Below, piece by piece: positions 27,501 through 35,828 of a stretch of DNA of 64,000 bases. Below the pieces are notes generated by a model that made no database searches, was not told where the DNA came from, and saw only the letters and a program-made list of their open reading frames with translations. The DNA comes from a virus (taxonomy: Duplodnaviria; Caudoviricetes), in the IMG/VR virus record IMGVR_UViG_3300011774_000001, positions 1 through 64,000 of that record; one strand, 5' to 3'. Numbering within the stretch: the stretch's first letter is position 1; every line of letters starts with the position of its first letter. A program made the position numbers and the translations under genes.

Positions 27501-28027
27501 ACGGCACCCAACGTAAGTTGGTGTCCTACTTGACCACGCAAGAGTTTTACGTGGATAAGAATGGTGTCGTAACCAAGCTGACAGACCCTGCTCCAATGTT
27601 GTTGTCCCCTCTGGTGAACTCAGCCTTCAAGAACCCAGTGACCAACGCGGTGATGTCGCCACAGTACAAGGTCTACTCGGCCAATTACGGCTGGCAATCG
27701 CTCCCTGCCAACTTGACGATGTATTACTACGCAGACCTCTACTTCCCAGCGGGCGACTACTGGTTTGTGGGTGCTGCGGATGATCAGCTGAACGTTGAGA
27801 TTGACGGGGTGTTCTACAAGAACCTCGGTGGTGGTTACGCTGAAGGGTCTGCGCCTAGTGCATTTAAGGTGACGCTGACAGCGGGCGTACACAAGTTGAA
27901 ACTGACTAACGTGAACGTCCCAGCCAATACTCCTGGGTATTGGTACATGTTGATCCTCAATGCTGCAGGCGCTATCTTCCACGAACCTACTCCAGGCACT
28001 TGGAAAACACTCGACTCGATCGGGTAA
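24536..28027 (+). CDS. Large multidomain tail fibre/adhesin (GATase-like, lectin-like and C-terminal PA14-like domains)
   Basis: 1163 aa; AGGAG RBS; LEQYSLVLM...GSGIILITDHG; NADDDCVCVV; YFPAGDYWFVGAADD...IDG...GVHKLKL. Confidence 0.7.
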   Translation: MAAYNVWFDKEPGRYTSPQTIGWTVSDQVDFFAISQGDTPAAISEYIAYDTLTPPNPFIAVTQDGTGNVVYDGGFPKFMNASSPPSGINASITMEFKATNDGSSTTGNAYYYNAFSDLAVTIAAGDRLVYDMLQDSANARVGIDAVTTNSAQTDPNHYSMRDWGQPISVLHDQNGLSVHPASDLGNRAVNQWYHREFDLSACAGYTFVKWSMAYEGEIPGTFATRFRDVYILDSTGKIKAILFKDTMRLPGNSSTEVGASGYTNLSKTLYDPRSQLAGSYKYLFNAIHFCSNAKKNAAGNKKILILGDHTNASSTYAVKSTAASGFMTSMTNLCAALGYTPTFKDLSDYGGAQLNPTLAELEQYSLVLMFSTQYNQQNAPLITSAAVDAFVAYRSAGSGIILITDHGSSVITDIGQVNLEVATSAGFYGTCNRIATRFGAWFTGNFDRTPVNVGFLRSTYGEHPLWAGMTNDESIIAGGSESKVMITPFTKYTKLSLPPAISLQTPQRKVVQVTAKLKNGEAETFRVVFIYGDGSLIKWVDSNRNEVTAVDTKYAWSFLVDLALDTVGLGTLTGSIYHNTVKIGEIVSTDAGGPVVTFYAGSLAGHRFLNGDVLKAALENPISASASITVSRINLEQLKGRSLPEIAQMISHKYGAGTVAGDAAKFPQRAIIAAGRGIKSILPKGASIDGYGLVLDWNDAARNIRLIKEFAKGNFPLAPLNVLLYEDQTKANVAMANFTPPTPKQIFDTWGRFSNQEWYEPGVVPPASSEASGWTWDAASNSAKSTVNSASTIGFVSKEKVEEYTHDVTLSSSNADDDCVCVVIAATKTGNLVEHLCVVFSPGGFGSAPVTLQYNLATTGAKVLVSRSVIAFGTPNSGLTPWSGRSIRANISRRGSSISVSYTNWNDPLGPLVDTFTFDMASDPVLTNLLGPQSYGYAAMSQPDVTFQGITFLGGVLLNTLSVASTGAVYRWNGSAWAPLPNTKLKDIYGTQRKLVSYLTTQEFYVDKNGVVTKLTDPAPMLLSPLVNSAFKNPVTNAVMSPQYKVYSANYGWQSLPANLTMYYYADLYFPAGDYWFVGAADDQLNVEIDGVFYKNLGGGYAEGSAPSAFKVTLTAGVHKLKLTNVNVPANTPGYWYMLILNAAGAIFHEPTPGTWKTLDSIG

Positions 28028-28029
28028 CA

Positions 28030-28077
28030 GCATAGACCCCCTGCCCGCAATGGGCAGGGGGCTTGTGCCTTTATGCC
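28030..28077. terminator. Bidirectional hairpin with GCATA / TATGCC flanks
   Basis: CCCCCTGCCC-GCAAT-GGGCAGGGGG between convergent genes. Confidence 0.85.
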
Positions 28078-28796
28078 GCGACTTCCAACACGTTACCAGT
28101 CTTCAAACCTTCAGCCTGCATGGCATTGAGTTTGACCAGACATTCAGCACGGGTGATGACTTTGTCTTTGTTGACATCCAACCCCGAGTTCTGACGGTAG
28201 GTGGTAGGTCGAGTTGCCTCGTCCCACAGCACGTAGCTGTCAGGCTGCCCCACACCCTTGGGCCAGAGGATCGCCATGTACAGGTCACCCAGGTTCTTCA
28301 GGCGCCCTGTGTAGGGCATGAAGTATTTGAGGACGTAGTCGAGCTGCTCTTCAGCCGTCATCTTCGCCAGACGGGCGCAGGCTTCGATACCGGCTGCTTT
28401 CTTCTGGGCATCCGACATCTTGGCAATCTGTGCAGGGGTGTTGAAGTACATGATCGCTGTGGCGGGCATGAACTGAATCAGGCCAGTGGCACCGGAACCT
28501 GCTTTGTTGACAACCGAGGGGGAGAAGGTGCGGCCCGACTCCCAGGCGATGCAGGTCAACAGGTCAGACAGACCCGTAGCAGCCGGCATGTTCAATGCGG
28601 CAACAATGTTACGGCACTTGGCGAGGAAAGGGGCAGATACTTTAGCGCCCCATGCGATTTGCATTGTTGACTCCTTTGCGCTTAACGCAGCTTCAAGGGC
28701 AGTACGGGAACCATTCCCCCACTTACCGTCTACATCGAGTTTATAAAAGCCCTCGTCCTTGAGCACTTGTTGCAGTTTGCGAATAACGGTGGTCAT
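28071..28796 (-). CDS. Endolysin: N-terminal peptidoglycan-binding domain plus SLT-like lytic transglycosylase
   Basis: LQQVL...GFY...VDGKWGNGS (PG-binding 1); catalytic WES...GATGLIQFMP; GGAG RBS. Confidence 0.88.
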   Translation of the reverse strand: MTTVIRKLQQVLKDEGFYKLDVDGKWGNGSRTALEAALSAKESTMQIAWGAKVSAPFLAKCRNIVAALNMPAATGLSDLLTCIAWESGRTFSPSVVNKAGSGATGLIQFMPATAIMYFNTPAQIAKMSDAQKKAAGIEACARLAKMTAEEQLDYVLKYFMPYTGRLKNLGDLYMAILWPKGVGQPDSYVLWDEATRPTTYRQNSGLDVNKDKVITRAECLVKLNAMQAEGLKTGNVLEVAA

Positions 28797-28855
28797 GAGA
28801 TTCTCCTTCTCCCTTCAAAGGATAGTTCTAGACTATGGAAACCTAGGAGCATCAC

Positions 28856-29338
28856 ATGAAAAACGACCTCACTATCTTCCACGATGCCTCGGGTAACCCT
28901 ACTCAGGTCCTGATGTCGTGGGTGGAATATCAGAAGCTTTTATCCGGCAAACCCAAACTGGACGGAGAAGCACTGCAACTTAACTCCAACGAGATTCGCC
29001 TACCGGGTGCCGGTAACTTTGCGGTCAACGTGGACGAGTTGGTGCACCTGCTAAAGAACAATGGGGTGTCCATCATTCCCATTTGTGCCAGGGCCAAGAA
29101 GTTGACCGAGTTCGAGGAGCACGAGAAGGCTTCTCTGGAATACATTATCCGCTCTGTTCTCCTCGGGCCAGAATCACCCTACCACAACACCATGCAATGT
29201 ACGACTTTGGTCGTAGAAGCTTTGGTACACAGTGGCCGATTCGAGCGATGCAAGGATAAGGGTCCACGCTATTTCGATGGACGACCTTTCGTTGAAACCT
29301 ATTACCGCGCAGTTATGTGCTTAAAAATTAAAGACTAG
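28856..29338 (+). CDS. Hypothetical protein with Phd/YefM-like N-terminal segment
   Basis: AGGAG RBS; IFHDASGNPTQVLMSWVEYQKL. Confidence 0.7.
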   Translation: MKNDLTIFHDASGNPTQVLMSWVEYQKLLSGKPKLDGEALQLNSNEIRLPGAGNFAVNVDELVHLLKNNGVSIIPICARAKKLTEFEEHEKASLEYIIRSVLLGPESPYHNTMQCTTLVVEALVHSGRFERCKDKGPRYFDGRPFVETYYRAVMCLKIKD

Positions 29339-29342
29339 GGAG

Positions 29343-29651
29343 ATGGCAATGAGTAACATGTTCTGGTGGGCAGCTGGTGGTTTGGTTCTGGCTATGTTGT
29401 TGTTGTTCTGGGCTGTTCTGTTGATTCAGTTGTCAGCACGGGTTACTTACATTCCAGGTTCTGGTGGTGAATACGCCGTCAGTGGTGTGACGAATCAAGA
29501 CTTCACTTTTTCAGGCACGGCCGATGTGCGTGACTGCCACGATCATAAGGGAGCTGAGTGGGCCATCCGGGCTTGGACCTTTCGTCGTGGGGGTAAGGTC
29601 AACACGATCGCTCACATCCCAACCAAAGTGACGATCTACAGACGTAAGTAA
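29343..29651 (+). CDS. Small single-pass membrane protein
   Basis: N-terminal TM helix followed by a small soluble domain. Confidence 0.7.
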   Translation: MAMSNMFWWAAGGLVLAMLLLFWAVLLIQLSARVTYIPGSGGEYAVSGVTNQDFTFSGTADVRDCHDHKGAEWAIRAWTFRRGGKVNTIAHIPTKVTIYRRK

Positions 29652-29761
29652 CAAAGGCTCAGCTGTATGTATTGAGGAACACGACGTTAAAACCATTGGC
29701 GTGGATCAGTCGACACCTCGCAACATCTCCTACTACAGCAGTACCTATCGAGACAACCATC

Positions 29762-31117
29762 ATGCAAAAGATTGCAGCGTTCGTAAGCAAGACCAACTTG
29801 GATTGGCTGATCCCAATCAATGAGTTGAAGACACTGGACACGGGTATTTGCGATATCCTCAACTTCCAGCGTATGACACAAAACGACGAGTTTGCAGGTG
29901 ACATCCTGTACGCTTGGTCTGAAGGTATCGCGGAGAACCGTAAGCACTGCGTAGCGCCGCTGGTGCACGTACTGGTTAGCGAGCGTCTGTCGCATGCCGC
30001 CCTCAGCAGCCGTGATGCAGACAGTGCTCTGCCAGCGGTGTTCACCATGCAGAGTACACCTCGCAGCATGGACTGGGTCATTGTACTGCATCTGTTTGCG
30101 TACAAGCGCCCACAAGAATTCGCATTCACCGAGAGCCGTGGTCTGCTCAAGCTGAATCAAGAAAACCCCGTGTACAAACACTGGGCCACCGAGCGGGTAT
30201 CGTACGAATGGTTGGGCGACACCGCTACCCCGAACTACTGCTACGGTCTGTTCCCAAACATGCCGCGCCCTGCGCCGCTGGGTTCCAACAAAGACCTCAC
30301 TGTTGAAGTTGCACGCAGTGGTATGGTCTGCCGTGAGTTCATGGCTGACTGGGTGTTCTACTACACCAAAACAACTGACTCGCCAGATGAGACAACTTCG
30401 GTCGAGAGCGTGATTGCTCAGGTGCAAGAAGTAGAAGCCCGCATCCAGGCCATCGGTGGTAATGAGCGTCTGTTTAAGGTCATGCCCACCGATGACTATT
30501 CCTTGGCGGAACATGTGGTCGCATCCACAGGGCGTAACTTGTTCGACGCCATTCGTGCCGCCAAGGACAACAACCTGATCGTGTTCTTCACCCAGGTTGG
30601 CGACCTGCGCTACTTGTCCGATATCAGCGGCAATCTGGTTGACCTCTCCACCGCTACCGGCAAACACATTGCCGACCTGTGTGATGGTTCCGGGTATCGG
30701 ACCACTGGCGACGGCATTGACACCTACCCTGGTACCAAGGTGCACATCACCCGCGTTCATCCAGTGGGTTCATCTTTGCGTGAAGAGGCCGGTGCACTGA
30801 AGAGCGCTGTTGACCATTACCGTAATCAGGTGGATGGTTCCAACACCGAAGTGACCGGCATGTGGAAAGGGGCTCAGGTTACCTACCACTTCCCACCGTA
30901 CAAACTGAGCGTTTCCGAAAAGCTCGGTGAACACCTGACTGCTGCCGCTGAACAGAATGGAATGGCTCTGATGTTCTATCGGGATAATCCTGGCATGTTC
31001 CAGTTCATTCTCGTCACAGACATTAATGGCTGTGAAATCAGTTCCAGTTCCGGCATCGGTCTGGAGATCGCTCAAGCCTTCGGTGGCGTCTGCGGTCAAC
31101 CTGTTCGTAAGTCGTAA
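29762..31117 (+). CDS. Hypothetical protein (start 29672 or 29762)
   Basis: Long ORF with phage-like codon use, followed by a terminator. Confidence 0.75.
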   Translation: MQKIAAFVSKTNLDWLIPINELKTLDTGICDILNFQRMTQNDEFAGDILYAWSEGIAENRKHCVAPLVHVLVSERLSHAALSSRDADSALPAVFTMQSTPRSMDWVIVLHLFAYKRPQEFAFTESRGLLKLNQENPVYKHWATERVSYEWLGDTATPNYCYGLFPNMPRPAPLGSNKDLTVEVARSGMVCREFMADWVFYYTKTTDSPDETTSVESVIAQVQEVEARIQAIGGNERLFKVMPTDDYSLAEHVVASTGRNLFDAIRAAKDNNLIVFFTQVGDLRYLSDISGNLVDLSTATGKHIADLCDGSGYRTTGDGIDTYPGTKVHITRVHPVGSSLREEAGALKSAVDHYRNQVDGSNTEVTGMWKGAQVTYHFPPYKLSVSEKLGEHLTAAAEQNGMALMFYRDNPGMFQFILVTDINGCEISSSSGIGLEIAQAFGGVCGQPVRKS

Positions 31118-31135
31118 GTAATACCACGCCAATGG

Positions 31136-31173
31136 CACTCCCTAGCCCTTTTCGGGGCTAGGGAGTGTATGCC
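31136..31173 (+). terminator. Hairpin with UUCG-containing loop followed by TATGCC
   Basis: CACTCCCTAGCCC...GGGCTAGGGAGTG then TATGCC. Confidence 0.85.
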
Positions 31174-31184
31174 GCCAATATGTC

Positions 31185-31240
31185 GATTTAACTGAATTTG
31201 GAACCTATATTACCCACATGAAGGTAGTATAAAAACCTTC
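31185..31240 (+). promoter_or_regulatory. Early (virion RNAP-type) promoter with TATATTAC core
   Basis: TATATTAC at 31206-31213 equals the phiKZ early promoter consensus; the ~40-bp context recurs at 34170. Confidence 0.75.
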
Positions 31241-31268
31241 TTCTTTATTCACAGAAAGGAGTCTAGTT

Positions 31269-31412
31269 ATGTTGAAACATATCGCTGTACCCGCCATAGT
31301 CTTGGCGATCGCTGTGGGCGTCTGCACCTTGTTCGCAAGTCTTGAGTCGGGTCGTCAAAACGCCTCGCCTTATGCCACACCACAAGCTGCGATTGCTGCC
31401 AATTTCAAATAA
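31269..31412 (+). CDS. 47-aa membrane peptide (not in ORF track)
   Basis: AAGGAG RBS; MLKHIAVPAIVLAIAVGVCTLFASLESGRQNASPYATPQAAIAANFK; first gene after the early promoter. Confidence 0.7.
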   Translation: MLKHIAVPAIVLAIAVGVCTLFASLESGRQNASPYATPQAAIAANFK

Positions 31413-31421
31413 GGAAGTTTC

Positions 31422-31745
31422 ATGTTTAACAGTGATGTTGATGTAGCAGTGCTGGCAGGTATGGTTTACCTGCTGGTACTGATTATGTTTTATTACAAGA
31501 TCAAACGCATCTTTGCCAAGATCTTAGCCAGGAAGGTTTCTCAAACAGAGGGAGGTAATTTGAATATCGTGGCATGGAATGAAACGCACAACAGGACCGA
31601 GTACCTGAGTGTGGACACTTGCATACCACTGGAAAAATCCCAAGCCGTCATTCGAGCTGTACGGATGTGGGGCATCGTAAGAAGAAAAACCATCATCGAG
31701 ATCAAGGATGTCAACGCATCCAAAATCTTGTTTAGAACGTACTAA
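31422..31745 (+). CDS. Small single-pass membrane protein
   Basis: TAAGGA RBS; N-terminal TM helix. Confidence 0.75.
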   Translation: MFNSDVDVAVLAGMVYLLVLIMFYYKIKRIFAKILARKVSQTEGGNLNIVAWNETHNRTEYLSVDTCIPLEKSQAVIRAVRMWGIVRRKTIIEIKDVNASKILFRTY

Positions 31746-31755
31746 GGAGTAATGC

Positions 31756-32538
31756 ATGAAATACTTCTCTGCCGCCCTGTTGATTATCATGGGGGTGGTT
31801 GGTTTGATCACTGCTTATGGTCAGGCCGCCAACCACGTGATCCCTCAGGGCCTCTCAGCCTTCACCTATCCGCTGGGTTGGGTGGTGTTCGGTTTCATCA
31901 GTCTGTCTTACTGGCGACTGATGAAAGGAAAGGACGACATCATTGCCGCCAAGGACAAGCACATCCGTCAGTTGGGCGAGATGATGCAAAGTCACATGAC
32001 GGACAACGAGAACCTGCAGCGCAACAATAGCCACCTGCAGAGTAAGCTGAACTCTCTGCAGACCAGCCTCGATCTGGTGGAACGGTCCAACAACAACAAC
32101 CTGTTGATCGTTCGCCGTCTTAACCGCATTCTGGCCGACAACAACATCGACACCACGGCTGCCAACATTCCGCCGGCATCTGAAGGTGGCGAACTGCGCA
32201 GCTCTCGCGTGGCCCGTGAGAACCCAACTCCCCCGCCTCGTCTGGCAGACAACCTGCGTCCAGAAGTTGTACGCAGCGGTCGTTCCAGCATGGCGAGCCC
32301 TCACCAAAGTGCAGCACCTGTCAGTCACGACGATGGCCCAGGTTTCGGCACAGGCCTGTTGGTGGGTCACATGTTGTTCAGTGACAGTAGTTCGCCTCGC
32401 AGCGAACCTACCCCAAGTCGCTGTGATCCAACTCCGAGTTATTCGGAACCTACCCGCAGCGATCCATCGCCCAGCTACGACCCTCCATCCTCGACCTCCG
32501 ATTACGGTGGTGGCGGTGGTGGCGGCGGTTGCGACTGA
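31756..32538 (+). CDS. Two-TM protein with coiled coil and Ser/Pro/Gly-rich C-terminal tail
   Basis: TAAGGAG RBS; ends GGGGGGGGCD. Confidence 0.75.
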   Translation: MKYFSAALLIIMGVVGLITAYGQAANHVIPQGLSAFTYPLGWVVFGFISLSYWRLMKGKDDIIAAKDKHIRQLGEMMQSHMTDNENLQRNNSHLQSKLNSLQTSLDLVERSNNNNLLIVRRLNRILADNNIDTTAANIPPASEGGELRSSRVARENPTPPPRLADNLRPEVVRSGRSSMASPHQSAAPVSHDDGPGFGTGLLVGHMLFSDSSSPRSEPTPSRCDPTPSYSEPTRSDPSPSYDPPSSTSDYGGGGGGGGCD

Positions 32539-32605
32539 TACACCTCTCTGGGTCCCTGGGATTTCCCAGGGGCCTTATGCCCCCATGTCCTAAGGAGGAC
32601 CAACC

Positions 32606-33349
32606 ATGGCCATGCCTGGTGATGTACGTTCCATCCGTGAAGCCGATGTTTGCCCTTGCCAGTATGATGAATGCTCGGCCAGTGCAAGTCAGGAGTATTG
32701 CACCGAAGTTGATTCAATGGGTGCAGAGTGGCTGCCGCTGTGCGACGACCACATAGAGCAGTTCAAAGAAGATGTGGCCAATGCCAATGCGCTTGAGGAT
32801 AACGAGTGTGAGTGGTGCCATGCCACTGATGTGCACACAGCCCCTTTCCGTGACTGGCAGGAAGGCTCTCAGGGTCCTCTGTACGAGGTTTGTGACAAAT
32901 GTCGCGGCAAGTCCATTGACGAAGCCAATGAGTTGGCTAACAACGAGCCTGAGGAGCCTGAGGAAGGTGAGGAGCAGTTCGCTACCATGCCAGAACTCAG
33001 TGACGACGATATCGGACAGATGTTCAGTAAGCCGATTGATGTCGGGTATGAAGTGGATCACATCTTTGATCGATTGACCCTGCACGACCATTCCGGTACC
33101 ACCGACCTGAATGGCACTCAGTTTAACCTGAACGGCCCACTACTGCATGACGGCCAGTTGGGTTTCTCTGCGCACTATCAAGACGGCGTTCAGTTCGCAC
33201 TCTGTCTGGACCTGCAGTACGACATCCTGTTCTGGCGAGCACATTTCCCTCGTGAGTTCTACTTTGTCCACCTGCAAGAACGTGTCCTCGTCATTCGTCA
33301 ACGCATTGCCGCCCTTGGCTACTGCGTCAAAACCATCGAAGAACTTTAA
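32606..33349 (+). CDS. Cys-rich putative zinc-binding protein
   Basis: CxxxxC, CxxH, CEWC, CDKC; TAAGGAGG RBS. Confidence 0.75.
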   Translation: MAMPGDVRSIREADVCPCQYDECSASASQEYCTEVDSMGAEWLPLCDDHIEQFKEDVANANALEDNECEWCHATDVHTAPFRDWQEGSQGPLYEVCDKCRGKSIDEANELANNEPEEPEEGEEQFATMPELSDDDIGQMFSKPIDVGYEVDHIFDRLTLHDHSGTTDLNGTQFNLNGPLLHDGQLGFSAHYQDGVQFALCLDLQYDILFWRAHFPREFYFVHLQERVLVIRQRIAALGYCVKTIEEL

Positions 33350-33360
33350 GGAACATCACC

Positions 33361-34176
33361 ATGCAGTCTCTCGTAACCAAAGATCCATTGTTCACACTCA
33401 TGTTGTTGTGCGACGTGCTGAAGGTCGAAGCCAACGACCACACTACCTGTTACAACACTGTGGGGCAACACCTGACCAAGCTTATCAAAGGCGGTCTGGA
33501 AATGGACGACGACACCTTCAAGCGTCTGTCCAATGGCAACACCCTGTTCGAAATAGACTTCTGGCCGCAACGTGCAGAGGGTGGTTGTTCTCTGGTGGGT
33601 GATGACTTCGAAGCCCTGCTGGATCAAGCCATTGCCATTGCCCGTCCCTGGGCGCTGGACCCAGATGAGTTGGCGGCCATTGATGAGGATGGCGATCACA
33701 TGTCTGGAGATGAGGAGAACAACTCTACCACCAACTTCCTCAGAATGGTGGCGGGTTCTAAGTGCGCCGTTGGTTGTTCCCTGAATGCCCATCGTTTGGA
33801 TTCGATTGGTGAGCCCGGCAAACCAATGCGTCCACAGACTGTTCTCGACGCATTGCAGTGGAAGATCGACAATGGCGACGACGAAGTTGAGGATGCTCTG
33901 GAAAATGGCGAATATGCGGCCATGATCGAAGAGGACGTCATGGTAGAGGCGTATGCCTACACCAGCACCCCAGTCGGTTCCTATGACATCTTCCACCTCA
34001 ACTGGCAACCCTGCCTGCGGCAGATGCGTCAGATCGTTGAATCAGCCAATATCGATCCGTTGATCCAAGGCCTGAACCTGCACACTGATAAGGTGGCAGC
34101 AGAGCTGCGTCAACAAGGTGTGGAAAACATGTCCGAATTGTGGACCCACGCCGAAAACAAAGATGGGGCGATTTAA
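33361..34176 (+). CDS. Acidic hypothetical protein
   Basis: TAAGGA RBS; 271-aa ORF. Confidence 0.75.
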   Translation: MQSLVTKDPLFTLMLLCDVLKVEANDHTTCYNTVGQHLTKLIKGGLEMDDDTFKRLSNGNTLFEIDFWPQRAEGGCSLVGDDFEALLDQAIAIARPWALDPDELAAIDEDGDHMSGDEENNSTTNFLRMVAGSKCAVGCSLNAHRLDSIGEPGKPMRPQTVLDALQWKIDNGDDEVEDALENGEYAAMIEEDVMVEAYAYTSTPVGSYDIFHLNWQPCLRQMRQIVESANIDPLIQGLNLHTDKVAAELRQQGVENMSELWTHAENKDGAI

Positions 34177-34234
34177 ACGAATCTCGAACCTATAATACCC
34201 ACGTGAATAGAGTCAATAAAAGACTTCTGTTCAC
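34170..34234 (+). promoter_or_regulatory. Early promoter (TATAATAC variant) with 5' leader hairpin
   Basis: GATTTAAACGAATCTCGAACCTATAATACCCACGTGAA, similar to 31185; followed by GTGAATAGAGTC-AATAAAA-GACTTCTGTTCAC. Confidence 0.7.
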
Positions 34235-34263
34235 ATCAATCCCCATGTTCTAAGGAGAACAAA

Positions 34264-34599
34264 ATGGAAACTTATTTCATCGTTTCTGGTGTTATCACCA
34301 ATGCGGTTGTTATCGCCGCCGCCGTGTTGTGGATCGTCTACTGGGTGATCCTGCGTAAGGGTGTGGATGTACGAGAGGTAGGCGTTATGAACGCCGAAGT
34401 GAAGGAAGGCGATGACTGGGTTGAGGTGGTTGAAGAGGGTGGGGTAGTTAAGCACTACATCCTGACCTTCACAGCCATCCGTCGCCGTTACTACTCCATC
34501 TGGTCCATGCGCCGTCAGATCTGGAAGTCTGTAAAGCGCATGCATCCAAACGTCCGAGCTGTTAGCGTGGAAGGCTTCGCTTACGGCTTCGACGATTAG
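34264..34599 (+). CDS. Single-pass membrane protein, paralogue of 35187..35498
   Basis: TM plus C-terminal IWKSVKR...V.AV...G..Y.F. Confidence 0.75.
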   Translation: METYFIVSGVITNAVVIAAAVLWIVYWVILRKGVDVREVGVMNAEVKEGDDWVEVVEEGGVVKHYILTFTAIRRRYYSIWSMRRQIWKSVKRMHPNVRAVSVEGFAYGFDD

Positions 34600-34623
34600 T
34601 CACCACGATCTAAGGAGATCACA

Positions 34624-35121
34624 ATGAAGGTTCGCATTAGTGTGGTAGAAGGTTCGATGGCCAATTTCGAATCTCGCTTCCCGTTGGAAGCATCCCTCAT
34701 CTATCAGGGGGATGATGCGGCATTCGCACCCATTGCTGCAATGTACGGTCAGTTCGAATCCTACGCCCTGCGTGTGGAGAAGATGTTCGACGCTCTGATC
34801 CAATTGGGTGGGGAGGGCATGATCAGCTACATGCTGAACATGGGTCAGCGCCTGTCGGCTGATCTGGGGCTGGGTTTGGGTTACCGGGACGAGCCGTGGA
34901 TTAATCTAGTGCCTGTCTACACCCACGGCCTGAAGACCCCGTTCTCCATTCACCATGGCATGAACAACCTCTCGGCCAGCGCTGTCCACTTCACCGACTG
35001 GGCTTTCCAGATGGCGATGGACACTGGCGAATCGGGTAAGTTGGATTTCGAACATCAACAGTTCGATGAGTTTATCCAATCCCTGCGTGATGAACTCTTC
35101 CGCCTAACCGAAGGCAAATAA
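34624..35121 (+). CDS. Hypothetical protein
   Basis: TAAGGAG RBS. Confidence 0.75.
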   Translation: MKVRISVVEGSMANFESRFPLEASLIYQGDDAAFAPIAAMYGQFESYALRVEKMFDALIQLGGEGMISYMLNMGQRLSADLGLGLGYRDEPWINLVPVYTHGLKTPFSIHHGMNNLSASAVHFTDWAFQMAMDTGESGKLDFEHQQFDEFIQSLRDELFRLTEGK

Positions 35122-35186
35122 CCCGCAACACTCCAGCCCCTCAGTGGGGTTGGAGACTATTCCCAAGTCCTAAGGAGGACACTGTA

Positions 35187-35498
35187 ATGACCGCTATCAT
35201 CGTTATCGCTGTACTGGCTGCAATCGTACTGGCTGTTGTTGTAGCACGCCGTATGCGCCACCATGGCTTCACCCTGCAAGAGGTATCCATCTATCAAGAA
35301 GCTGCCTCTCAAAAGGCTGACAACTTCGTAGAGATCACTGTTGCTGGCTGCCGGTTGCGCAAGCCACTGGCTGTAGAGGTTGAACTGGAACGCCGGTTCA
35401 ACCCAGAGAAACTGCGTGAAGCCATCTGGCGGAGCGTTAAGCGTTACGACGATCGTGTGAGCGCTGTGCGCTTCCAAGGTCACACCTACTCGTTCTAA
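35187..35498 (+). CDS. Single-pass membrane protein, paralogue of 34264..34599
   Basis: TM plus IWRSVKR...VSAV..QG..YSF. Confidence 0.75.
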   Translation: MTAIIVIAVLAAIVLAVVVARRMRHHGFTLQEVSIYQEAASQKADNFVEITVAGCRLRKPLAVEVELERRFNPEKLREAIWRSVKRYDDRVSAVRFQGHTYSF

Positions 35499-35558
35499 TC
35501 ACAGAACACACCCCCACTCGGGTGAGTGGGGGCTTATGCCGTCTATAGGAGATTCACA

Positions 35559-35828
35559 ATGGCTGCTGTAAAAGTAATCGTAAACCGCGTCAACATGCTG
35601 GTAATGCCAGAGTTCCGTCAAGTCCTCAAAGAGTGGGAAGACTTCAGCAAGTCGGGTGACCGTCTGGTTGGTCTGGTCCGCACCAAATGGGACGGTGATT
35701 ACAACCTGGAAGAAGTCATGACTGCATCGCGTTTCTCTATCCCCGGTCTGCAAGACGCAAAACGGGACCTCATGGCGACCATCGCCGAATACGACAAGGT
35801 AAACAACAATGAACATGCAATTGCTTGA
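35559..35828 (+). CDS. Hypothetical protein
   Basis: AGGAG RBS before ATG 35559. Confidence 0.7.
   Translation: MAAVKVIVNRVNMLVMPEFRQVLKEWEDFSKSGDRLVGLVRTKWDGDYNLEEVMTASRFSIPGLQDAKRDLMATIAEYDKVNNNEHAIA

Noticed and set aside
31269-31330. Lipoprotein signal in the 47-aa peptide
   Set aside because: VGV-C does not fit the lipobox (the -1 residue should be G/A/S).
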